Positions 49,326 through 59,453 of a stretch of DNA of 64,000 nucleotides are shown here, in pieces. Under the pieces are notes generated by a model. That model worked only from the letters and a program-made list of their open reading frames with translations. It had not been told where the DNA came from and ran no database searches. The position numbers were made by a program, and so were the translations under genes. This stretch comes from Spirochaetota bacterium (GTDB lineage: Bacteria > Spirochaetota > UBA4802 > JAFGDQ01), in the NCBI GenBank assembly GCA_043803405.1, contig JAZDKB010000019.1, forward strand, positions 160,001-224,000, written 5' to 3'. How positions within the stretch are numbered: the stretch's first letter is position 1; each line of letters opens with the position of its first letter.

Positions 49326-50699
49326 ATGAGCGAATCAAAGGATATAATTGAAACAAATATGCAAGCATCTAATATTTTTTTCTCCGTAAGGTTGCGCGAT
49401 GATATTATTGCAGACCGTCCGGGGAACGGGCGAATCATATTTATTAAAAACGGGATTAAATGTACGGATATTCCGGCGGACCATCCGCTTATCGAATCTT
49501 TGATTGCCAAATGGGTCACAGAGGCGACAATTGACCAGGAAGCCTCATCGGCATCCAATCCTTCAGTCATATATTATATTTTCGAAAAGCTGTTCTCCCT
49601 CGGCCTCCTTAAGGCACGATGCACACTTAACGAAAAATCCCTGTTCTCTGTTGTACCTGCCCCGGAGTGGCAGGCATGGCAGGGAAAGCTGCCTGCATCA
49701 GCGCATAGGCTTTCGCCATGCTTATGCCTACGGCAGAATGAGCATGATTTTATTCTGGAGATGCCGCTTTCACAAAAGAAATGCATTATACATGATGGAA
49801 GGTGCATTATCTGGCTAATGGAGATTGTACAAGGAAGCATTTCCATGCCTGTAAATGATGCAGCCCGTTCAGCATTTTATCTGGCATTATGGATGATGAA
49901 TGCCCTTATATGTGATGAGGATTCCGATCCTTCCTGGGAGTTCCACGACTTGCTGTTCTTTCATCATTCAAGCATCGGCTTTCATGATGATGCTACCGGA
50001 GCGACCTGCAGGTTTAAGGATAAATCTTTGCCTGAGCCGCTTTTAAAGGCGATCACGGGGTTTTGTGTTTCGCTTCCTGAACCCGATGAGCGGCTTATGA
50101 AAAAGCTGAATACGCCTTTTGCCGAAGTGCTTGCAAAGCGCCGCAGCAGCCGTAATGTATGCGGATCACCGGCCCTCGAAGAAATAGGCGCTTTGCTTTT
50201 TGCATCAGCCCGCATTCAGAGCGTCAGGGACGATTCTACGCATAGTTATTTTGTTTCATTGCGGCCTTCTCCCAGCGGTGGTGCATTGCATTCCATTGAA
50301 ATATATTTATTTGTACGTCAATGCACAAATCTTGAAAGCGGAGTCTGGCGCTATGATCCAGGCCGGCATCAGGTGGAATCTGTTGCAGCGGACAATGAAT
50401 TATTTGAAGCCTACATGAACAGCAATCCGTATGCTGCGGGACCGAACACAGCGCCTCCGTATCTTCGATTAGTGATGACATCTCGTTTTCAGCGGAACTC
50501 GTGGAAATACGAAAAGATCGCCTACCGTCTTGTTCTGCAGGATCTGGGCTGCCTGTATCAGACTATAAGTCTGGCAGCTGCAGCTCTGGGACTGGCAACC
50601 TGCATTCTCGGCGCAGTTGAAGCAAAGCGCCTTGGAGAGATAATGAAGCTGGAACCTCTTATCGAACCGGTCATCGGGGAGATGATGTTATCGTCTTAG
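49326..50699 (+). CDS. SagB/ThcOx family azoline dehydrogenase
   Basis: WEFHDLLFFH.S, RRSSR, PSPSGGAL, WKY..AYRL..QD.G. Confidence 0.92.
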   Translation: MSESKDIIETNMQASNIFFSVRLRDDIIADRPGNGRIIFIKNGIKCTDIPADHPLIESLIAKWVTEATIDQEASSASNPSVIYYIFEKLFSLGLLKARCTLNEKSLFSVVPAPEWQAWQGKLPASAHRLSPCLCLRQNEHDFILEMPLSQKKCIIHDGRCIIWLMEIVQGSISMPVNDAARSAFYLALWMMNALICDEDSDPSWEFHDLLFFHHSSIGFHDDATGATCRFKDKSLPEPLLKAITGFCVSLPEPDERLMKKLNTPFAEVLAKRRSSRNVCGSPALEEIGALLFASARIQSVRDDSTHSYFVSLRPSPSGGALHSIEIYLFVRQCTNLESGVWRYDPGRHQVESVAADNELFEAYMNSNPYAAGPNTAPPYLRLVMTSRFQRNSWKYEKIAYRLVLQDLGCLYQTISLAAAALGLATCILGAVEAKRLGEIMKLEPLIEPVIGEMMLSS

Positions 50700-50924
50700 C
50701 AAAAGTCTATTTCTCCAGCTCATTCAATGAATATGTTTTAATCTACTGAAGTTGGAGTTTAATATTTATCTTAAGATTAAAAGTTATTCTTTGAATAAGG
50801 GTACATTCTAAATTATCCGGTTTCTTCTTAAATTATTTTATTTGTATTTTTTAATTTTTTATATTACCATAGATATTGATTCATGGCACTCCAGTTCTCT
50901 TTAGATTATTTCCTGGAGTTAATA

Positions 50925-52067
50925 ATGAAAAGAAAACCGGCCATAAGTATTCTTTTCCTGGTTACCTTAATAATATTTGCGTTATGCAGCAAGGAGAATG
51001 TGTGGGAGAAAGTCAACCGGACCGACTCTCCTGCTTATTTTGTTACTGTTCTTTCTACAACTCCCTCAAGCAATGAAACCTATGTTCCGACTAATTCACT
51101 TATAACGGTCACTTTCAGCGACAACATTCTGGCATCGACATTAAATGCGGCTACTATCTCCGTAAATAATGGTGTGACACCTTTAAGTATTTCATATGAT
51201 TCAAATACAAAAACAGTCACATATTCGCCGCAGGCCAGCCTTTCCCAGAATACAACCTATACAGTAATTTTATCCAGAGAAATTACAAATTCAGCGGGTG
51301 AAGGACTATCTGTAGATTATTCATGGAGTTTCACTACAGTTTCCGGACTTGTACCCGAAATAGATTTATTCCAGGGTATATTTCCGTTAAATACGGGCAG
51401 CTTATACGACTTTGGGACAATACTGGATACGGAGACCCGCGCAATTGTCTTTACAATTAACAATTCAGGCGCAGGAAACCTTACAGTAAATAGTATTAGC
51501 CTGGGAGGGATTGATGCCGGCGAATTTACTCTTACAACCGGCGTTTTGCCTGCTACAGTTATAGCCGGCGGCCAGACCACATTTACTGCTACCTTTGACC
51601 CGAATTCAGCTGGAGTAAAGAACGCAAGTATTATTATAAGTAACGATGATGGCAACGAATCTTCATATACTGTTTATATAAAGGGCTATGCAGCCGGTAC
51701 GGCCCAGCCGGAAATAATGCTCAGGCAGGGACTGACTGAGTTTGTTGCAGGATACAATTACGATTTCGGGACAGTGCTCGTAGGTTCCTCCAGTTCTGCC
51801 GTTACCTTTACAATTTATAACATCGGCAATGATGTCTTGAATATAAGCTCTATTGCTCTTGATTCCGGTGACCCGGACATTGGCAACTTCATCCTGGATA
51901 CATCAGGCACTTCCTTTATTGTTGCAGCTCAATCAAACACAACTTTTACAGGCCGCTTTGCTCCAATCGAAGCGGGAGTCGTACTCGTCCAGCTTCGAAT
52001 TGAGAGCAATGACATAGATGAAAGTTCCTTTATGTTCAAATTTAAAGGCAGGGGGGCAAATCCATAA
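50925..52067 (+). CDS. Surface lipoprotein with one SbsA-type Ig domain and two ASH/choice-of-anchor-D-like Ig domains
   Basis: Signal ending FALC; ITVTFS..YSWSFTT; two DFG....FTIxNxG..SND repeats. Confidence 0.75.
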   Translation: MKRKPAISILFLVTLIIFALCSKENVWEKVNRTDSPAYFVTVLSTTPSSNETYVPTNSLITVTFSDNILASTLNAATISVNNGVTPLSISYDSNTKTVTYSPQASLSQNTTYTVILSREITNSAGEGLSVDYSWSFTTVSGLVPEIDLFQGIFPLNTGSLYDFGTILDTETRAIVFTINNSGAGNLTVNSISLGGIDAGEFTLTTGVLPATVIAGGQTTFTATFDPNSAGVKNASIIISNDDGNESSYTVYIKGYAAGTAQPEIMLRQGLTEFVAGYNYDFGTVLVGSSSSAVTFTIYNIGNDVLNISSIALDSGDPDIGNFILDTSGTSFIVAAQSNTTFTGRFAPIEAGVVLVQLRIESNDIDESSFMFKFKGRGANP

Positions 52068-52070
52068 GAT

Positions 52071-54668
52071 ATGGCTAACTCCATAAAATTTAAAAAAGGC
52101 AAAGAAGAAAAATATCTTTTTTATAATTCTTATAAAAAAATTCCCGATCTGAATAGAAATAAAGCAGAGCTGGAAAAAGAACTCATGATTGATAGAATGA
52201 GTCGTGAAGGAATAAAGACCTGTCTCGTTGTATATTCGGGGAATGAATGTAAGGATATATGCGGGCATATGATTTCGATTTATAAAAAGCACGGTATAGA
52301 GATGATAACCCTGTATTTTCAGTTCCGCGGAACCGAAAATTATAAACTGATTAAAAAAGCTGCGGATAATCTTTTGCAGCGGCTTGGCAAACAAAACTGT
52401 ATATTGCTGTCTTTCGACGATAACAAGCTTTTGCATTTATTTATTGTTTTATTTTTTATTAATATAAAAAAATCTCCTTTGCAGGCTGTCAGCACCGCCA
52501 GGCATCTTTCCACAATCGGAAAATATGCAGGTTTTGAAGAAAAAATTATTAATGGTTTTTACCGGTATTTTATAGCACATTCGGTAAAGGACAATCATAA
52601 ACATTCCGCTCCCAAACCTTGGAATAAAAAAAATGAATCCCCTGAAGATGTATCCGGATCTGACCGCACAGAGAATACAAATGGCCGGGATAAAAAAATT
52701 TTACCTGTTGAAGACCGTGAAAAATTTGTAATTGTTAATGGGAATGGCAAGCCTGCTGAAGGTTTGAAAATACATCACGTTTCTTTTTCTACGGTACTAC
52801 ACTGGCTGGGTTTATTCAGGCAGTCAATCCAGTTCAAACTCATGCTGATCGTTTCCGGTTTGCTTACATCCGCAATGCTTGTAATGATACTGCTCGCGAC
52901 GCATTTCTTTAAATCGGACAATGAGACACGCGTGCAGGAGAATAATCTGAACATATCTACTATTATGGCGGACAAGATAAAGACCGACATTCTTGCAGTT
53001 GCCGGAAAAGCAAAGTCTATAGCATTGACTTCCTTTCAGGAAGGCGGCCTGAACAGGGAAACAGGAATTTCCGCGGATTTGTTGATCAAAGACGAAAAGG
53101 ATTTCGTTTATGTCGGGCTGGCTAAAAGAGTAAATCATATTCCATCCGTACGGTCAATAAAAGGAATAATCAACAGTAGTTATATCGAAGGTAAAGGTCT
53201 GCGCGGAAAGGATCTAGAAGTTCTTAGCCTGACACGCGAAAAGTTATTTTCCAGGTCGTACAATTCAGAAATTATAGTTGCCAATCTTTCCAGGGAAATC
53301 AGGTCTCCGCTTCTTGCTCTTAGTTTCCCGTTTGAGATAATAAAAGGGTCGGTGGAGTCGGTCCTTCTCGTGTATATTAATCCGAACAGGCTTATAAAAA
53401 ATTTTTCAAGTTCCGGGATTACGGAAACATTTTTAGTGAACCTTGACGGAGACGTACTGGCGCATACGGATGCAAACCTTTTATTGATGAACACAAATTT
53501 TTTAAACAGTCCCATAATTAAGAAAATGTTGTCAAGCACGATCGACAACGGCCAGACGAGATATAGAGGAGAAGACAACAGGGTATACCTCGGCTCCTTT
53601 AAAAAAGTGGGAATAGGCGGTCTCGGCATCGTTTCAACTGTTCCGGAAGCAAAGGCTTTTGAAGAAGTGTATAATATTCAGAAAAGAAATATTTATATTC
53701 TTTTGATAATACTCAATATTTCCATACTTGCGGTATTTTTCTTCAGCAAAACCATGACAAAGCCAATTATTGAGCTTGTCGGCGAAACCGAGAAAATCAA
53801 GAACGGGAATTATAATGTCCGGCTTAAGCCAAGGACAAAAGATGAGATAGGCATTCTGACAGATTCATTTGCGGATATGAGCAAAGGCCTTCAGGAGCGC
53901 GAAAGAATAAAAACAGCTTTTGGAAAATTCGTCAACCCTGAAATAGCCGAAATGGCTATGCATCAGGAAATGCAGCTCGGCGGAGAAAAGAAAAATGCGG
54001 TCGTCATGTTCTGCGACATAAGATCATTCACAGCCATATCGGAAAGCCTTTCCCCTGAACATGTCGTTGAATTTCTTAATAATTATCTCACGCGAATGGT
54101 GCAATGTATAAATGATAATTTCGGCGTTGTGGATAAATTTATCGGCGATGCTATAATGGCGGTCTGGGGCACGCCTGTTTCGAGCGGTAATGACATTCAG
54201 AATGCCGTTCACAGTTCGCTGCAGATGAGATACCAGCTGGAGCTTTTTAACATGGACAGGGGCATCCCCGGTAAACCGGTTATAAAGATGGGGTGCGGAA
54301 TAAATGCCGGCCCTGTTATCGCCGGCCAGATAGGGTCATCTGACAGAATGGAATATACTGTGATCGGCGACACTGTTAATCTCGCGTCGCGCATCGAAGG
54401 TTTGAACAAGGCATTCGGTACGGATATCCTCCTGACTGAAGAGACTTACAGGCAAATCAGTAAAACAGTGAAAGCTGTAAAAATGCCTGCAGTAACTGTG
54501 AAGGGTAAAAAAGATCCGCTTTATGTTTACGCAGTACTCGGCAGTGCCGACGATCCGGATACACCGGGCGATCTCAGCCAGCTGCGGAAACTGCTGAGAA
54601 CAAACTCGAATGCGCCCGCGGGAGAAGGAGTAGTGCTCAATGAAAGCAAATATAAAGTTATTGAATAG
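52071..54668 (+). CDS. Class III adenylate/guanylate cyclase with Cache-like and HAMP domains and an extra N-terminal domain
   Basis: FCDIRSFT, DKFIGDA, EYTVIGDTVNLASR; HAMP DEIG.L..SF. Confidence 0.92.
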   Translation: MANSIKFKKGKEEKYLFYNSYKKIPDLNRNKAELEKELMIDRMSREGIKTCLVVYSGNECKDICGHMISIYKKHGIEMITLYFQFRGTENYKLIKKAADNLLQRLGKQNCILLSFDDNKLLHLFIVLFFINIKKSPLQAVSTARHLSTIGKYAGFEEKIINGFYRYFIAHSVKDNHKHSAPKPWNKKNESPEDVSGSDRTENTNGRDKKILPVEDREKFVIVNGNGKPAEGLKIHHVSFSTVLHWLGLFRQSIQFKLMLIVSGLLTSAMLVMILLATHFFKSDNETRVQENNLNISTIMADKIKTDILAVAGKAKSIALTSFQEGGLNRETGISADLLIKDEKDFVYVGLAKRVNHIPSVRSIKGIINSSYIEGKGLRGKDLEVLSLTREKLFSRSYNSEIIVANLSREIRSPLLALSFPFEIIKGSVESVLLVYINPNRLIKNFSSSGITETFLVNLDGDVLAHTDANLLLMNTNFLNSPIIKKMLSSTIDNGQTRYRGEDNRVYLGSFKKVGIGGLGIVSTVPEAKAFEEVYNIQKRNIYILLIILNISILAVFFFSKTMTKPIIELVGETEKIKNGNYNVRLKPRTKDEIGILTDSFADMSKGLQERERIKTAFGKFVNPEIAEMAMHQEMQLGGEKKNAVVMFCDIRSFTAISESLSPEHVVEFLNNYLTRMVQCINDNFGVVDKFIGDAIMAVWGTPVSSGNDIQNAVHSSLQMRYQLELFNMDRGIPGKPVIKMGCGINAGPVIAGQIGSSDRMEYTVIGDTVNLASRIEGLNKAFGTDILLTEETYRQISKTVKAVKMPAVTVKGKKDPLYVYAVLGSADDPDTPGDLSQLRKLLRTNSNAPAGEGVVLNESKYKVIE

Positions 54669-56805
54669 CAGCATTGTTGTCACAACCTTATGCGTTTTAC
54701 TGACAATACTGTTTTCAGCCATGCTTTATTCGAGTTACAGTACAAAAAAAGATATTATGTTAAAGGATAATGTCGGCGTCCTGTCCTTTAAAAAGGAGTC
54801 AGCTCTCAGGAAATACGGCGGCCAGGTGGTCTGGGAAGATATTACGCAGGATATGCCTGTATACAATGGCGACACGCTTAGAACAGAAAAATTTTCCGAA
54901 GCTGTTATAAAACTTAAAGACGGAACACGCATAACCATGGAATCCGACAGCATGATAATTTTGTCGTTCTCAAAGGAGAGCATTGATATCGGGTTTAATT
55001 ACGGATCGATATCCGCAAAAAGAGATGCCGGATCGGAGCAATTCGGGAGACTAAAAATTGATGCAGGCCGTATGAGTCTTAATGTCGGGCAAAGCAGCCT
55101 GCAGCTTAAAGGCCGCAGCGATGCGGCAATGAATGTTTCCGTGCACGAAGGAAGCGCGGACATTGTCAGCGGGAACAAAGTTGTAAAGCTAACGAACAGG
55201 GAGCAGGCGGTTATAACTAAAAATTCCGACGAGCTCCATATATCGCCTGTTTCATTAAGCCTGCTCGAACCTGAAAACAGCAAATATATAACCGCCGCAT
55301 CTGACACTGTAAATATCAGCTTTAAATGGCAAAAGAACGGGAAAGCCGGCAGCACAACCTTCGAACTTTCAGACGATTCATCATTTAGTGATAAACTTGT
55401 CGCCAGGGAGATTAACCGGAATAGCCTGGAGCTTAACATCAGGCCGGGTATTTATTACTGGAGATTGCAGGCTGATCAGGATAAGACGGATAAAAAAATT
55501 TACAGCGATATTTTTAAATTTACTTTTATAAAAGAGCCTCCTGTTAAGCTTGTTCATCCGGCAGATGGACAGCGCTTTTCATTTTATTCAGCAGCGCCTC
55601 CAATAAGCTTTCAATGGCAAAAAAGCCCGACCGCATCATTGTACAGACTTGTAGTTTCCGGAGATGCTGCTTTTTCAAAAGCGCATATTGCAGGAGATAC
55701 TGACGGGGAGACTTTGACCGACTTTACTCTCGGTGAGGGAACATGGTACTGGAAGGTTATCGTAAAGACGCCTTTCAGCGAGGATTATATCGATACCGGC
55801 GCTGTTAAAAGAAGCTTTTCAATATTGAAAATGAAAAAGCTTCCACAACCGGAACTGGTTTTTCCTGAGGAGAACAGGAAATTTCAGGTTGAGTGGTTAA
55901 GGAAAAACAGGCTGTATTTCAACTGGGAAAAATCGCAGGAATTAGTTTCATCTGAATTTATTTTGGCCGGCGACAAAGATTTTAAAAATATTTTAATACG
56001 CAAAATTATTCCCGGCAGCTACATTTCTCTCGAAGAGCTTCTTCCCGGTTCATACTTCTGGAAAGTAATATCCTGGACGCAGAAAAACGATCTCCGGCTT
56101 TCATCGGCCGCCAGGCATTTTTCTGTATTAAAGGAGATGAAAATATCCCTTCTGTCTCCGCCCGATAAATTAAAACTTGAAAAGCCTTTTAGCCTGAATA
56201 AATTGCCTGTTCAGTTCAAATGGGAATGCAATAACTCAGAAGCTTTATGTTCTTTTGAAATGTCGGGTTCCCGGGACTTCGGAGAAAATATATTAAAAAA
56301 AGAAATTAAAGAAAATGTTTTTAACCTTGATGATATAGGAAACGGCACTTTTTACTGGAGAGTGAATGCGATGGATGAACGCCGGAACATTGTACAAATA
56401 ACTCCTGTCCGTGAATTGCATATCATCCCGACTCTGGATAAACCGGTGCCGATTGTTCCGCAGAATCAAAGTATTATTAATATGAGAGACAGAAATTCAC
56501 TCGAAATGTCATGGAGCAGGATCACAGGCGCTCAGGTATATATCGTAAGATTATATTATCTTCACGGCACGGAATTTTTAAAAGTCCATGAGGCAAGGAC
56601 TATACAAAACAGTCTTAGGTTGACCAACCTGTCAATGCTGAACAGGGGCAGGTTTTCATGGACTGTAACAGGCAGCCGCATGGAGAAGGATGACGGAACA
56701 AAGGCAATCAACAGCCCTGAGGGCAAAGGTTATTTTGAAATAACACTGGGCAAAAAACTCGACGAACCTAAAATAATATCCCCGGATATTCAGTACAGAC
56801 AATAA
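54640..56805 (+). CDS. FecR-domain protein with multiple FN3/Ig-like repeats
   Basis: TM anchor; GDTLRT..A.I.L.DG, VSVHEG; repeated FxW..G.YYWR. Confidence 0.8.
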   Translation: MKANIKLLNSSIVVTTLCVLLTILFSAMLYSSYSTKKDIMLKDNVGVLSFKKESALRKYGGQVVWEDITQDMPVYNGDTLRTEKFSEAVIKLKDGTRITMESDSMIILSFSKESIDIGFNYGSISAKRDAGSEQFGRLKIDAGRMSLNVGQSSLQLKGRSDAAMNVSVHEGSADIVSGNKVVKLTNREQAVITKNSDELHISPVSLSLLEPENSKYITAASDTVNISFKWQKNGKAGSTTFELSDDSSFSDKLVAREINRNSLELNIRPGIYYWRLQADQDKTDKKIYSDIFKFTFIKEPPVKLVHPADGQRFSFYSAAPPISFQWQKSPTASLYRLVVSGDAAFSKAHIAGDTDGETLTDFTLGEGTWYWKVIVKTPFSEDYIDTGAVKRSFSILKMKKLPQPELVFPEENRKFQVEWLRKNRLYFNWEKSQELVSSEFILAGDKDFKNILIRKIIPGSYISLEELLPGSYFWKVISWTQKNDLRLSSAARHFSVLKEMKISLLSPPDKLKLEKPFSLNKLPVQFKWECNNSEALCSFEMSGSRDFGENILKKEIKENVFNLDDIGNGTFYWRVNAMDERRNIVQITPVRELHIIPTLDKPVPIVPQNQSIINMRDRNSLEMSWSRITGAQVYIVRLYYLHGTEFLKVHEARTIQNSLRLTNLSMLNRGRFSWTVTGSRMEKDDGTKAINSPEGKGYFEITLGKKLDEPKIISPDIQYRQ

Positions 56806-56809
56806 AACA

Positions 56810-57967
56810 ATGAATAAATTAAAATTTATACTGATTTTTTTTATTCAGCCAATGGCTGTTATGTTTTTATTATCTGCGGGAGGCATGGGGTATGCAGAAG
56901 AAGAAATAAATAAACTTCATTTAAAATGGGAACCAGTACAGGGAGCTATTGAATACCAGATTGAAATTCAGGATGCATCCGGAAAGGAAGCTCTGAATGT
57001 CAAAACAGGGGACACTGAACTTGATTTCAACCTCCCTCCGGGCGACTACAGAGTAAGAATAGGCGCTGTCAACAAGTTCAATAAGGTGGATACCTGGTCC
57101 TCGTGGAATCCCCTTAAGGTTAAAAAAATTTTTGTGCCGGTTATATACGGGCTTTCAAAAAATAAATTCATTAGCGGTACAGAAGAGAAGGATTTGCAAA
57201 TTTCAGGCAGGGATATTGAAAAAGATGCTGCAATTTACATTAAAAACAAAAGCGCAAGTTATCAGATACGCGACTTCAGATATGTAAACAGCAGTACAAT
57301 TAATTTTGATTTGGATGTTTCCGGGATTGAAGCCGGTGATTACGATCTGGTAGTTATTAATCCCGGCGCTCCGGAGGCAAAGAGTCCGGAAAAGGTGATT
57401 GTGTCCGGCAAACCATGGATATCCTCAACCATGGCACGGGATGCCGGAGCCGGTATATCCGCAGGTTACTCCTATACTCAGCTCCTTTCGCCGTGGACAG
57501 ATGTATATAAACAATCTCTCATTGGATTTAACCTGCTATTGACTGCGGATTCAGCTTTGATAAAATCAGTGAGCATGATTCCCGTACTTAACAGGACAGG
57601 AGTGGATATTGAAATGAATTATTCTTCTCTGGTAGGTAAAGAAAGGGCCGGAATTGTCCGCACCGATATGTCGCTCATTATGCTCGGCGGAAGCATATAT
57701 TTCAGGATACCGGTTATAGGGAAATCTTCCGTAAGATTAAAAGCAGGCGGCGGTATTGCAGTCTCGGATGTAAAGGAAGATGCGCTTTACTCCGCTTCGC
57801 AGAATTACCGGTCAACGGATTTTTATTATTCAGCAGGCATTAATTATAATTTTCCCTTGGGCAGGCTTGTGTTTATTGAAGCAGGGATTTCATATTATCA
57901 TGTTCTTTATAGTGATAAAGGAATGAATAGTATAAAATATTCATTCGGGATCGGGATTATTTTCTAA
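56810..57967 (+). CDS. Outer-membrane protein: N-terminal Ig/FN3 domains plus beta-barrel
   Basis: Signal peptide; alternating beta strands; C-terminal Phe. Confidence 0.7.
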   Translation: MNKLKFILIFFIQPMAVMFLLSAGGMGYAEEEINKLHLKWEPVQGAIEYQIEIQDASGKEALNVKTGDTELDFNLPPGDYRVRIGAVNKFNKVDTWSSWNPLKVKKIFVPVIYGLSKNKFISGTEEKDLQISGRDIEKDAAIYIKNKSASYQIRDFRYVNSSTINFDLDVSGIEAGDYDLVVINPGAPEAKSPEKVIVSGKPWISSTMARDAGAGISAGYSYTQLLSPWTDVYKQSLIGFNLLLTADSALIKSVSMIPVLNRTGVDIEMNYSSLVGKERAGIVRTDMSLIMLGGSIYFRIPVIGKSSVRLKAGGGIAVSDVKEDALYSASQNYRSTDFYYSAGINYNFPLGRLVFIEAGISYYHVLYSDKGMNSIKYSFGIGIIF

Positions 57968-57975
57968 TTAAATAT

Positions 57976-58626
57976 TTAAAATCCAAGCTCAACTGGTGTA
58001 AGAATAACAGTAAAGTCAGTCAGCATTGGCCTGTAATCGATTATAGTAGTAACCCTGCAGATTGTTTTAGGAGGCCTGCAGTCTGCACAGAAGCCGGTTT
58101 TAGCGCACGGGGTTTCCATATTCCCTCTTTTTGTGTTCATTGCGCTTGCGGTATTTTTCGCGCGGTAAATTGCGTCATCCAGATCCTTCGCGATTTTATT
58201 TGCGCTTATGACAGCAATGACGTGCTTTGGCCCGAATATCATAGCCGCGACCCTGTTGCCGATTCCGTCTATATTAATAATTCTGCCGTCCCGGGTTACG
58301 GCGTTCGCACTCGTTAAAAAATAATCGGATGTAAGCTGGCCTTTTCGCGTTTCAAGACTTTGTTCAGGTGTCAGGTTTTTTTCCCAGTGATCCAGTAAAG
58401 TGTTGCCGCGGTCCCTTAATAATTTGTCTATGCCGATTTCGCGCAATGTTATTGATCCGCCCAATCCGACTCTCGCGTTTGCAGGGATTGTCTTTACCAT
58501 GTAATCAGCAATATCGTTTATAGTATTTAATATAACTACATTGAAATCTCTTTTAGTCAGATTATCTTTTACTTCTTTTAAAATAACTTCGTTATGCCAG
58601 TTTTTAATCTCGTTAAATTGGTTCAT
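57976..58626 (-). CDS. LUD-domain (lactate utilization-type) protein
   Basis: GGSITL, SANA.T.DG, DGIGNRV, TPC..TG.C.DC. Confidence 0.85.
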   Translation of the reverse strand: MNQFNEIKNWHNEVILKEVKDNLTKRDFNVVILNTINDIADYMVKTIPANARVGLGGSITLREIGIDKLLRDRGNTLLDHWEKNLTPEQSLETRKGQLTSDYFLTSANAVTRDGRIINIDGIGNRVAAMIFGPKHVIAVISANKIAKDLDDAIYRAKNTASAMNTKRGNMETPCAKTGFCADCRPPKTICRVTTIIDYRPMLTDFTVILTPVELGF

Positions 58627-58747
58627 TTTTTCTCTCTTAAATTATTCTTTGCTGCGTTATTACAACTCATCTTAAAATTAATATTTCCATTTAAAGTCAG
58701 ATATTTATGTAAAAACATATTCCCGGGATATGTTCCAATAACAGGTA

Positions 58748-59089
58748 TTACGAAACTCTGAGTTCGGTCTTCCCTATCCTTATAACATCGCCGGATTTCA
58801 GCTCTATTTTCTGATCTTTCGGAACCGGGTGATTGTTTACATACGTGCCGTTTGTACTGCATAGGTCGCTGATGTAATAACAGCCCTTCACGTGCTCTAT
58901 GAGCGCGTGTTTTCTGGAAATAAGCGGATCGTCTTTAATTGAAATGGCGTTTGCTTCATTTCTGCCGATGTAAATATTTTTTACAACATCAACACTTCTT
59001 TCCTTAAACTTTATTGAGATTGCTTTTGTCTTGATTTCGTCGTTGATTTTTTTGCCGTCTTTTGCTCTTTTATAAACTGTAATGTCCAT
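58748..59089 (-). CDS. FHA domain protein
   Basis: IGR, ISRKHA, STNGTYVN. Confidence 0.9.
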   Translation of the reverse strand: MDITVYKRAKDGKKINDEIKTKAISIKFKERSVDVVKNIYIGRNEANAISIKDDPLISRKHALIEHVKGCYYISDLCSTNGTYVNNHPVPKDQKIELKSGDVIRIGKTELRVS

Positions 59090-59453
59090 AATTATATCCT
59101 GAATTATAGTTTTTAAATAATTATAATTGCTGTTTACAGATATGGATTTAATGCTTAATTTTTCTGCTGATTCTAAATATATTATACGGGCAATCATTAA
59201 AAAATATATTTATTTTGCCAGGATGTCAAGGGATTAATTGCATTTGAGTTTTAAGATCCTATAGTAATTAAAGATTGTTATTACGAAGGAGCGATAGCGC
59301 CGGGAAATCCTTAATTGGAATTAAGTTTTCAGATTTTTGATATTTGCTCGAAATGACAGGCTCTGGATAATTAGTAAAATGCTATAATGGGTTGAAATAG
59401 AGTGATTTATAAAATATATTGACAAGAATAGAAAAAACAATATCTAAACAATA

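Noticed and set aside
48695..49570. 291-aa antisense ORF and other opposite-strand ORFs nested in real genes
   Set aside because: Shadow ORFs of well-supported genes with no recognisable motifs
59277..59360. REP-like element before aroA
   Set aside because: Resembles a decayed GTCATT..AATGAC palindrome, but the arms are too degenerate and it is single-copy here
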